Shown: positions 1 to 11,829 of the stretch, one piece after another | Numbering within the stretch: the stretch's first letter is position 1 | How the letters are laid out: each line of letters starts with the position of its first letter | Assembly: GCF_009834535.1 (NCBI RefSeq) | Contig: NC_045696.1 | Location: 22,880,001-22,944,000, forward strand | Direction of reading: 5' to 3' | Length of the DNA: 64,000 nucleotides | From: Camelus ferus | Lineage: Eukaryota | Translations under genes and position numbers: made by a program | Notes under the pieces: generated by a model | Told to the model about the DNA's origin: nothing | What the model saw: only the letters and a program-made list of their open reading frames with translations | Database searches by the model: none

Positions 1-811
1 GATAGAGTCCTCTAGTTGGATTTCTTCATCATTTTGTGCTTTGAAAACTTCCTGATGGCGAGAAGCAGTCCATGCTTACTATTAATGTAACGATTATGTC
101 TGCGGCAAGCTGTTGCTGGTTCCTCATAACTAATTAGACTCTTCAGCAATTAAAGTCTTTGGATATTTGAATTTTCCCCCAATCAATTATATTGCTTAAC
201 TATTTTATACATGTTTACCTTATATTTTCTTGCTTAGTTATTTTAGCATCTGATAAACAAAATGATTGTCCTGTGACTTCTATGATCATAACTTGTGTCT
301 TTGTGTAGTTGCCATTTGTTAATAATTAAATCGGATCGCTGGCTTTCATCTTTGAAATTTCCTGTTCTACTAGATTAAGGATTTCCCCAGAAGAACTGAG
401 GCTGCCTCTGTGAGTACCTGGCTGCTAACAACCTGGAACTTTGAGTTAATTTCTCATGTTGAGGGTCCCCTGACCAATTCAGGTCATGTACATTAATGGG
501 GCAGACCCATGCTAACCAGGTTCAGGAAACACTGTTTTGAGCCCACCCAGAGCCATAGGAGAAACAGACAGCTCTCCTTCTGGTTCCACGTGTTGCTGTC
601 GCTGCTGTTTTGACCCAGGCTCTCACTGAGCTCATTGTTTTTTAGGTGTCCCCAGCCTCGTGCAGGGCTCTCAGATTTAATTGCTCATCTTCTGCAGACC
701 CAAGAGGTGGTCATTAATTTCCCCCAAACTCAAGGTTCCTGAAAACAGCATTTAGGCTCAGGACAATCATAGCTCCCCACATACTCACCACTCTGATTTC
801 AGCTCCTAGGG

Positions 812-878
812 ATGTGTTTGTGTGTGTGAGTGTGTGTGTGCGCACGCACACGTGTGTGTGCATGCCTGCACACATGTG
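812..878. repeat. Imperfect (TG)n/(CA)n alternating purine-pyrimidine tract
   Basis: Visible directly. Confidence 0.85.
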
Positions 879-1523
879 AATGTACAGTGGGTACTAGAAA
901 ACTTAGGTTTGCTCTTTATATTCACGGAACAAAGTTAACATAATTGCAATTAGTACATCTCCTTAATTTTAAAATATATAGAAACTTATTTCACAACTAC
1001 TTGAGCACTTAGGTGAATAAAAGTTACCGACGGCCAACACATTTATACCACATTCTTCAGGTATTTTCGTTAGTTTCTTTTTTTTTTTTATGCTTGACTG
1101 CTGATGCTACAGTCTTTTGTGCAGAGAAAGCTATCTGTTAGATGCCACCGTGGGATTTCACCCTCATTCATTACACAGTGGCATATCCTTTCATTTTCAG
1201 TCTCTCTGGGTCAGTTTGTTTTAGGAGATTCGCTGGTACTCACTATAAAGATTCATATTTATAATGATACAAAAGTGAGTTTGGTCCACTGATAGTTTTT
1301 AAAATTAAGATATGTTTCATCTTAGTTCTGTTCACATATATATACTATATATCTATATCTATATATCTATAAAACTAGGCTACTTGTATAGTTTTTCAAA
1401 CAATCTCATTACATGAATCACAACAAAATGTAGAAAGTATCTGCACAAGAGGGGTCTTGAAGCCTTTGCTTCATTAGCTTCATAATAAATACTCCAGTTT
1501 ATTATTTATCTTTGTAAAATGAC

Positions 1524-1895
1524 TTTTTTAATTGTGGTAAAATATAGAAGACATAAAACTGACCATTTTAACCATTAAGTGTACAGTCAGTGGCATTAAG
1601 TACATTTACATTGTTGCACAACCATCACCATCATCCGTCTCCAGTACTTTTTTCATCTTCCTAAACCGAATCTCTACACCCATTAAACCATAGCTCTCAT
1701 TCTCCTCCCCGTAGTCCCTAGGAAACACCATCCTGCTTTCCATCTCTACAAATCTGACTTCTCTAAGTACCTCTTATGAGTGAAATCGTGCAGTATTTAT
1801 TCTTTTGTGACTGGGTTATTTCACTTAGCTATTGTTTTCAAAGTTCATCCATGTTGTGGCATGTGTCAGCATTCCCTTCCTTTTTAAGTCTGAAT
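1524..1895 (-). mobile_element. L1 3' end fragment (L1MB-like)
   Basis: tttttaattgtggtaaaatata...gtggcattaagtacatttacattgttgcacaaccatcacc is the typical antisense L1MB 3' end. Confidence 0.8.
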
Positions 1896-4800
1896 AATTA
1901 GTTTTTAAATAACAGACTAATTCTTCTGTATTTTATGTAGTGTTTATTGACTCCCTACCAGAAGCAATGATGTTTATACATTATTCTCTCTTCCTCTTCT
2001 CTTTCCTTTTTTCCACCACAGAACATTAGTTGATTTTGTTATTTACTTTTGACTTTATACTTTTGGTATTTAATTAAAGATAATAAATGATCTCTTTGGA
2101 TTCTTAGCCTTAAAGTGAAAAAAAATGTAATTACACTACCTATGGCTTACTCATTCCTTTTTGTTACCAAATACTATTGTTTTATATCATTTTGGCCGTG
2201 TCAGGTTTACAGTATTGATATTCTTTTCTTTAAGTGTAATTACTTGATTTACTGATGTATAATACTGTTCATGATCCATTTACTATTGTTTCTCAATTCA
2301 TATCTTGGTTATCTGAAGCTGGTTCTCAAAGTTTCTACAAAGTAGCTTCCAGAGAACAATGTTCCCTGAGCTCTATATACTCAAAAAGGGTTTTAATTTT
2401 TCATATGTGCACATACATTGGCTTTGTGTACATTTCTTTCCAAAGTTATATGTGGCATTGTTCCACAACTTTCTAGTTGTAGATGTTAGAGAAATGCAAG
2501 GTCAGTGATTATTTCTTCTCACAGAAGTCTTTCATTTTTTCCTATCTACAAGCGATTTTCCTCGTGAATTCTCTGTTTAGTTTTCCTGGAGGAATATATA
2601 GATCTCTTCTTTGATTCATTTGTAATTCTTTCAACTTCATTTAATTTTTTTTCTGTTACATTATTTCATTTATTTTCCTAATATGATACAAATTGTGCAT
2701 ATTTGAATCCTCTTTGTTTGAATCACCTAGGTATCACTTTTTCTGTAATCCTTTGTACTTTCTAATAGTCATCTTTTTCCCCCCTTGCATTATTTTTGTT
2801 TTGGCTCCTCTTTATTCATTTTATTCCAGCTAATGTTAGGGGATTTTCTCCTGGGACACATAGTTGTAAAAATTTCATATAGGCAAGGGCCAGGACCATA
2901 TTACAAGGCAAGCAGATATCTTCCTACTACTCCAAGGTTGCTTATGCAAAGGAAGTCCCTTGACCATTATGACCCTTCCACCCCACTAGCACCCAGTCAA
3001 CTGAGATTGACATTTGTGGGGTTACTCAGGATTAAACCTCTCTGATTCCTACAAGCCTCAGTAACACACTGCTTCCTGCATATATGGCTTGAATATTTTA
3101 TTGTTGAGTCTCATCTTCTTAGCTTTTCCTTGAAATTAACTCAAGCACAGAGACTCTTTCAAGTATTGGATTTATACCACAGATACACCACTTTTTAGAC
3201 AACATATGCTAAGGGTTTATTTTTTTTTTCCTTTTAGCATCTTCACATACTACTGTTTCTTTTTTTCATTGATTTAGGTAGCCAGTTTGTGATTTAGCAT
3301 TTCAGATATCCCCTGGTTTTATCCAATATGTTTTGTTGATTTTGCATGTTTTCTTTCTATTTCTGTTGCTTTGGGGCAATTTCTAAGAGTAGAAGGGGGA
3401 GATTCTTACCTAATCCCATCATGTTATAATCACATTCTTTCCAACCACTTTATGAAATGAGAATGTTTGCTGTGAAAAGGAAGTACCAGTCAAATGCTTG
3501 CTTGCCTGAACTTACTGGTAGGGTCTAGCTAAAAACCTGAGAGTTTTTTGTTTCATCATACTTCCTTACATCCATCACAACAAGGTCCTTATTTTGGTAG
3601 GCTAACTGGAAAGGAGAATCACTCACACTAGCACTGATTTTTTTTTTTTTAATCTCCATCTTTACCATTCTTTGACTGTATCTCAGAAAAGAATTTGAAG
3701 AAAACTATGTTTGCTATCTCTCATAAATAATACAATTCCTTGAGGCACTAAAATAGCTTTTGTGCTTTCCAAATATTTATTGATCCTAGCACCATACTAG
3801 CATTGTGAGAGAGAAAGCAAAATATAAAACATAACCTCAGCTACCCAAGTATTCATAATCTATTCAAGGAAAAGACTTTAATAATAAAAAGCAATCTTTA
3901 AATTGCATGGTGCTGGTTGTAAGTGTAATGGGTCAAAGACAACTCAATGAGTAGACTGAAGGGATAAAGGCTTGACATGAGTATTTCAATAGAAGAAAGA
4001 AAAGAAATGTTTCTAGATGGAGTCAAGCAATTCGTGAAAACTGGAAAAAGTGAGATATGTTTAGGGAACAGAGGAAAACCACCTGACTGAATGGAAAGTA
4101 AATTAAGCAGATAAGTAAAGGGCAGTGTGATTATCTTGAAGTCCTAGAAAAGGCCCTTGGTTCTATCATGGTAAACAATAGGGACCTTTGCAGGATGACA
4201 ATTTCAATAGACAAACTGAGAGTAGGAGGATCAGCTGATGATCCAGATATGAGAAGCTTAATCCTTGGGTGATGGTGGTTGTAGACCAAATGGCAAGGAA
4301 GCTGTGATTCCAATAGATTATGCAAAAAATAAGTAGGCAACTTTGGTGATTAATTTTTTAAAAGATGGAGAAAAATGGAAAAAAGTCAAGTTTCTACGAG
4401 ATTTCTCACATTAACAGTAGAAAAGAATAATGGCAGTGTTGTTTATAGGTTTGTAGAATTTGATGAAATTTGTAAATAATGAGTTCAACTTTATACAAGT
4501 TATATTGGAGGCCATGATGAAATATTTAAATATTGAGTTCTCTGTGATTTTTTAGACAAAGATTGTTCTTGCTTGATTAAGAGTTAAAAATAAATAAGGT
4601 CTTTTTATCAGCAACTGTTAAAGTTTGTTAAAAACAAAACTGGCTCCAGAAAATAACAGAATGAAAAAGATATGGGACAGTAAAATTGCATTGCTTATTT
4701 TTAATGGTATAGCATATCTTCTTTCCAAATATGTTTGGAATTCTGAATTAATCTTGGAGTCCCCCAAATCTTCTGAATGTTAAGTGTGAGCATTAATGAG

Positions 4801-5084
4801 CAATATTTCTGTTTATCACTATTTAATTAGTTAAGTGATAGAAGTCTAATTCAACTTTGTATATTAAAAATAATTTTTACTAATTTTTATTACACGAGTC
4901 CTGCTTGTTTATTACTGAAAAAAATTAAGAACACATACAAAGCAGATGAAGAAAAGATTTAAAAACCCAACTTTAGTTTGCTTACTTTTGTAATCGATTT
5001 TTCATAGTGGCATCAGTTTAAGCAACAAGGTGTACATAAATTAATGAAAATGTTTGTTAAGAATATTCAAATACTTTTACTTTT

Positions 5085-6180
5085 TAAATGAACATTTATT
5101 TTGGAATAATTTTAGATTTATAGAAAGTTTGCAAAGATCATACAAAGCGTTCTTGTGTACCTCCTCAGCCAATTTCCCCAATGGCTAACATTTTATATTG
5201 TTACGGTACATTTGTCAAAACTAAGACACTGACATTGGTGCATGACTGTTCTCTTCTTAACTAAACTCTAGACTTTATTTGGATTTTACCAGTATTTAAT
5301 TGTCTATTATCCCCAGTCTCTCTGGTCTATGACTGTTTCTAAGTCTTTTTTTTTTTCCCCCTCTCATGAGCTTTTTAAGGAATACTGGCCAAATATCCCA
5401 TTGAATGTCCCCCAATCTGATGCTATTTTATGTTTTTCTCATTGCTACACTAGAGTTATGCTTTTTAAAAAATGCCAACTGGGTGAAACATCATACTTGT
5501 AACATCAAATAAGGTGTTACATAACATTCACATGAAATCACTAAAAATCTTAACCTTTATCATTTGGTTAAGGTGGTGTTTGCCACATTTCTGCACTAAA
5601 AAGTTACTACTCTTCCCTATTCATTCCCTATTCTATTCTTCGGAAACAAGTCATCAAGTGTAGCCCACCCTCAAGTGTAAGGGGTGGGATGGGAATTAAG
5701 TTCCATCACCTGTAAGAGAAAGAATCTACACAAATTATTTGGATATATTCTTCAATAAAGATTTGTGTCTTCTCCCTATTTACTTATCAATCATTTATTT
5801 GTGTTATATGGAGTCATGTATATTTATTTTATATTTTGATTTATAATCGAATAATACAGTATTTATTTTGTTGCTTACATTTTTTGTTGCTTTGGCTACT
5901 GGGGTCTTTTAGGTTGGCTCTTCTTGTCCATTAGACAATTACCCCATTGTTTTGTTTTTGAATACTTCCTTACTTTCTGAACCTACGAGGGGCTCCAGGC
6001 TCATCTTGTATTCTGCTGCCTCAACCCCAGAATCAGCCATATTTGGTATATTTAGAAGAGAGTGATATGTAGAAACCAACCTGTGGGTGCTGGGTATGCT
6101 TGTTGTCTCTGGGATGTCATTGTTTAAAGACTATCTCAGCATAAAGAATTAGGTAATATATTTATGCATAATAACCAATG
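5085..6180 (-). mobile_element. Ancient L1 3' region (L1MC/L1MD-like)
   Basis: ttttggaataattttagatttatagaaagtttgcaaag... and ggggctccaggctcatcttgtattc...ccccagaatcagccat motifs. Confidence 0.7.
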
Positions 6181-7102
6181 AATATACAGGCAATTGAGTG
6201 CCTTCTTAGATGACTTGCATATCTCATGATGAATGGTCATCTCTCATTCTAAATTAATATATGGACATTTTGTTTGTGAATTTGATCTTCTGCATTTGGG
6301 TAATAAGAATCAATTGCCAGAATTTCTTATAGTCTGGGCCATGGACTTGTAGCTCACTCCTCTCCTTCAAACCTCTTCTTCTGTTGCCACACTAATTATT
6401 TACATCGTCCAAAGATCTGCCTGAAACAGCCAGCTGGATTTGTCTGGAAATCACAAGCTAACAAATCTTCTCCAAGACCAATTTACTCATCTATGACTAA
6501 GAGGACATAGTTCTCAATGATCTCTGAGCAATCTCTCAGAGTTAATTTTTGATGACTTACTCTCTATAAGTCATTTATCAAACTGCACGGTACTCACCAA
6601 CTATAATAACATTCTACCTTTTTCCAATCACTTCTGGTTGTGAGCAATGAAACTGCTCATCTTAGCTTAAGAAATGAAAATGGAATTTTTTTATGAACAT
6701 GACTGGAAAGAATAATGAAATAGCTAAAAGTGAAATCAAAAGAGTTAAAAAGTGTGTTTTAGGGACTGGAATTGGGTGACCAATGCCATAAGCTCCCTCT
6801 TAACCCTCTCAGATCAGCTATGTCCACACAGCAGGAACAAATCTTACATGACTTCACTTATACACAGTTAGGGCTTTTCATTCAAGAGGAATTAAGAGCT
6901 TCTCCCATTCACTTCCTGTTTAGAAAATTTCAGGAAAGTTCTCTGACTGAACATGTTTATTTTTTAGAATAATCATTGTGTCTAGGAGATGCAGTATTGC
7001 ATATAGAAAGAGTAGAGTTCCTCTAAGATGACTGGTACTGTTAATTCAAGGACAGTGATCAGAAAGCATTCTGGATAGCTTAAAACAATTGCTGTAATAA
7101 TA

Positions 7103-7263
7103 TAGGGGTGGGGGTGAAGGAGTGGGAGGTAAAAACTGTTGGGTATAAGATAGGCTAAGGGTGCATTGTGCAGCACGGGGAACGCAGCCAATATTTTGTA
7201 ATAACTGTAACTAGAAAGTAAACATTAAGAATTCTATAATTGTTTTAACTTAAAAAAATTTTT
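7103..7263 (+). mobile_element. 5'-truncated laurasiatherian-type L1 3' end with TSD
   Basis: gggtataagataggct...gggaacgcagccaatattttgtaataactgtaa; 20-bp TSD with 1 mismatch, aaacaattgctgt(a/g)ataata at 7083-7102 and 7264-7283. Confidence 0.8.
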
Positions 7264-7399
7264 AAACAATTGCTGTGATAATAATCATTACTATTACTAC
7301 TAGTGCTACCAATAACAACTAGTATGCGAGCTTAGCATGAGTGAGTTCTAGTGGATTGTAGAAGATTATCTTTTTCTGGAACTTCATTTGCCAAGCTCT

Positions 7400-7570
7400 T
7401 TATATTTGCCAAGTTTACATATATTAACTCATATTTCCTCACAACACTGTCAGGCAGGTATTATTTTTATAATTATTACTCCTACCTTACAGATAAGATA
7501 GAGAAAATTGAGTGCCCAACATCACACAACCAAGCCAATCATATTCAAGTAGACCATTTGGATTTTGACA
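7400..7570 (-). mobile_element. MIR SINE fragment
   Basis: ttcctcacaacactgtcaggcaggtattattt...ttacagataag core similarity. Confidence 0.55.
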
Positions 7571-8252
7571 TAAGAGACTAGAAGAGAGGAACAATGTTTT
7601 TCTCTGAATTAACAAGTATCTTTTCTCTCTGAATAAAGGAGAACTTCTCTGAGAATTGATCCAGCACAGAGGGACGCAAAGCAAGTAGTCAGAAACTGTG
7701 GCATGTGGATTTCATTCGAGTCCCTGGATATATAGCCCAGATGTTCCTTGGGATTTCAGTTCCATAAATGAATAAGTTTTTTTTTTTTTTTTGCTCAAAT
7801 GAATCTGAGTTAGATTTTGTTAGTTAAAACCGAGAGAATTCAACCAGATACAGGCAGGTCTGCAGGATAGTTCTTTCCCATTTCTTCAGAATTCTCCCCT
7901 CTCTGTCTTCTCTTCCTCTTGCCAACAATCCAAGATCTTTGGGGATCACATAATTTAATGCTTCAGTGCAAAATGGCCAGTTCCTAATATTTTTGTCCCA
8001 AGCTAAATGAGGGCTAAATGAGGAGAGGAAGAGAAAGAACAGATGACAAGGTCCCTCAACAAACCTGTGTGCTATTCCCATTCTAATTTTGGAGGGGCCA
8101 GTTTATATAAAAGCTTGTGACATCAGTTCAGGACCTTATTGAAGGAAAGGATTTAAATCTACTCCACGAGTGCTGATATTTTCTAGCAAGTCTCCTAAAG
8201 CTTCAGCCTCAGGTAAGCATATGGAACCCAAAGTGTTGACAGGTAACTTTTC

Positions 8253-8289
8253 CTTTCAATTTTAGTATATGTGTTGCCGAAGCAAGCAC
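8253..8289 (-). pseudogene. 3'-truncated (tailless) U6 snRNA retropseudogene, about the first 37 nt of U6
   Basis: Minus strand GTGCTTGCTTCGGCAACACATATACTAAAATTGAA matches the U6 5' end GTGCTCGCTTCGGCAGCACATATACTAAAATTGGA; flanked by exact 15-bp direct repeat gacaggtaacttttc (8238-8252, 8290-8304). Confidence 0.9.
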
Positions 8290-9159
8290 GACAGGTAACT
8301 TTTCAGTCTGCTTCTTATGACATAGCAAAGGTTGCTAATTTCCATCCTGGGATGATGGAATCATCTTGTAACCTAGTCCACCTCAACTCAGCCAACTTTC
8401 CTCTTTAGGGTCTTCTTTTTCCAACATAATTTTAGTATTAATTTCAAGCTTGGGTTTGTTTTGGTTGCAGATAACAGAAATTTGTCTCAAATTTCTCTTG
8501 ACACTAAAGATTTTATTTGTTTATGTAGCTGGGTAGACAGTAGAGTATCATAAACCAGGAGCATAAAGGTTAGAAATGGAAAAAAAAAAGTCTTTCTTTG
8601 CTTCTTTATTTGTCTCTATCTGTCTCTCCTCTTTCCCTTTCTGTCCTCTGACTCCTTTATATGTGTCTGTAAATCTCCTTCTCATCCTTATTTGTTTCTC
8701 TTCTTCTCATTACTTCCTTCTACAAAGTGGATTTTTCCAAATGTCAGTAAATGTGGATGCAGATTATTCCGGAGTTATGCACATAAAGCTCACTTAACAA
8801 AAGGAAAATAAACCTATATCTCTGTAAGGAATGCAGATAATTCCAACAGGGAATTCCAATTACTTTAGTTTGAGTTGCTTGGTCACACTGGTACTAAACA
8901 CAATGTTTGTGGAAGTGGATGACGGTTTCAGGTTAGGGCGCACCTGCTTTTTTATTGACAACCACCTGAGAACCACGTGGAGAACCACAGGCAAAACTTC
9001 CCCCAAACTAGTAAGATGTGTTCTGGAAAGGAAGGGATGGGAAAGTTCCCAAATAGGTAAAAAGAAAGGCTCTCCCTGCTCATCACATAACCTTTGTAAT
9101 TTTATTGATTGTGTATTTAGAAGTTATACATTTGTGCGCGTGTGCACACACGCTCATTT

Positions 9160-9316
9160 ACTTTTCCTCCTTAATACCTGATCCCACTGGAATGTAAGCT
9201 TTATGACAGCAGAGCCTTTGTCAGTTCTGTTCTCTACTGCATCCCCATTACCTACCTAGATGGCGTCCTGCATATAGTAGGTGCTCAATAAACACGTTTT
9301 GAACTGAATTAATTAA
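9160..9316 (+). mobile_element. L2 3' end
   Basis: cccactggaatgtaagct...catatagtaggtgctcaataaacacgttttgaactgaa. Confidence 0.75.
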
Positions 9317-11829
9317 AGAGAGGTCCATGTTAAGCAACATATTACATGGCCACTGAACTCTGTGGACTTCTCTTGACACCTTGGGGTCCATTTAGACACA
9401 GTATCGTACAATCCTGGAGTCGTCAGAGGGGAATATTTGCATCACAAAGTTAGTAAATAAATTTTCATTTTATTATGTACATCGCTGAGGAAAAAAATTT
9501 TCAGGATGTGGTAAGTGACATAACAGATATAAGAGAAATAAACTGTTGACTTCTAGTTAAAGAGAAAAGACACAGACCCAGAAATGTGTTACACTGAGCC
9601 GCCCAAAGCTGTGTGATACACGGCAGCGGTGTGGCTAGCTGCCTGGGAGTGGGGAGAGGAGTCAGACTAGTTCTTCAGTAGAGGACAGATAGATGTAGGA
9701 TGGCCACAAAGGAGGAAGGAAACACTTCAGAAGGGGGTACATGGGGAGCAAAGTCATGTCACAACCAAATGCATTTTTATTTTTTTTTAATTATAGGTTC
9801 AGAAAAATAATATTGATTTTTCACTATTCTATTTCAAGAGCTTATTTAAAGACCAAAGACATAGCCTGATGCATTCCAAAGCAAAGTCTTTGTTTCTAAT
9901 TTCCTGAAATATATAGATTTGCCCTTTTTCTAGACCTGCTATTAAAATGAGACTAGCAAGTAAATATTATGGCAAGGTTAACTCATAAATTAATTAAATT
10001 TTCAAGTAAGATAACAAGGATACATATTATTTAACATATTGTGAGGTCTCCAGAGAGACATTTGCTTCTAGAAATAAGAAAACAAGAACAAATTAAAGTG
10101 CTTCCAAAAAGCAATAAATTTATCTGTCATCTTAGATCTCGGAAAACATGGTAATAGTCATTAAAAAAATGTATAGATATAATCCTTAATTTCAAACTGC
10201 CAAATCTTTCACATTCCTATGAAAGAAGGCTCAGAGGAGGTCAGTACAATTTGATTTGTCATACAAAGCTCTCAATTGAGCTAAAGAGACTTCAGTTCCC
10301 TGAAGAATCCATGGTAACAGCAAACCAAAAAGAAGAAGAAGAAAAAAAAGCCAAAAACCTCTAACTTTTTAAATACACTAACAATTTATCAATCTATGGT
10401 TTTAATATATAAGGGAGTTGAAATATTACTTTAAATTTGTACAATGACTGTTAAAAATGTATTAAATAAAAGAGAGTTTAATTAGAAGTTAAATTTGGAA
10501 AAAAAATAACCTGAGTTTTTAATATATTCATGCAGAATTGTTGAGAAATGGAAGGGATATAAGAAAAGGCCACCTGAAGCATCCTGGATGCTTTGCTAGG
10601 TATTTTTAATCCAGAATCTCTAGAAAAAGTGCCAGTAGGTTTTTATTTGAAGTATTAGTAATTTTTGAGGCATGATGAGTTTGAAAATAAAGACTTTTTA
10701 AAAGGCACAATTTAGAAAAAAGAGCTCTGGAATCAGGGACAGGGCTATGAACTAAAAATGAGCAAAAAGAATTCTATTTACTGCTTTTGAAGGCTAGATA
10801 ATTTACTGTTGGCTAGCCAATGAGTTCTAAAGTTTCTAAGCAATTGACTTAGGATTTAAAAGCAAGCCATCTTATTTTGAAGCATTTTAAGAAATATTTC
10901 TGTAGTGTTTTTTTTTTTTTTTTCTAGTTGTAACTGAAATACAGGGGGCTTCTCACAAGCATATTTTATTGCCATCCTCCTGATTTTGAAACAGAGATCA
11001 TTGCGTGGGTGAAAAATGTATCCAACCAAAAGATGCCAACACCCAAAAAACGGATATTTTACTGAAAATTTTGTTTGAAGCTCTGATAGAAGATTTTAAC
11101 CATGTACCATTTAGTAAAATTCCATGAAACATTTAAAAAAATGTCTATTTCTCATAATATCTGACCCTGCAAACCACTTCACATCTATCCTTTCTCTTCC
11201 ATTTTTGAATAATTTTCTTTACTGTGCTCCTTAGCATTTGAACCAGCACTTGGCTCGTAGTATCCACTCAATAAAATGAAAGATCAATGATTTCAGCCAA
11301 CCAGAGGTTCCAGCATTCCTCAGGCATGCACTTGGAAGACTCTGAACATCCTCACTCAGCCTGCACTCCTGTTCTCCATCACCATGAGCAGAAGGAACAG
11401 CAGCAGCATTAATGTTTTTAGCATGTGTAACATGCGCCTTTAATGGCCTCGCGTTACATAGTTAAACAAACCTCAGCCATTTTTAATTCTCCAAAGTGAA
11501 ACTAATGCTTTACAATGAATGAGCTGGACACAAAGTAGAAATTTAACAGTACACAATGATAAGTTACTAGCCACAGGCAACTATGGTTAGAAATACAAAT
11601 TCTACAGCCTATAAAGATATTAATAGCAATACATTGAGATAGGTGAAGAAAGAAAAGATCTTGTGTGCTGCTATTTCAAGGAGTTTGGGAAGGAAGGGAA
11701 AAAGTACTCCAGGTGGAATGATGGCAAGGGTTTCTTACTAAAAATATGCAAGGTATTCAAGATAGGCAGGCACTGAACTGCACTGCATATACACAGAGTT
11801 CTACTGAAGAACAATTACTTTCTTAAGTT

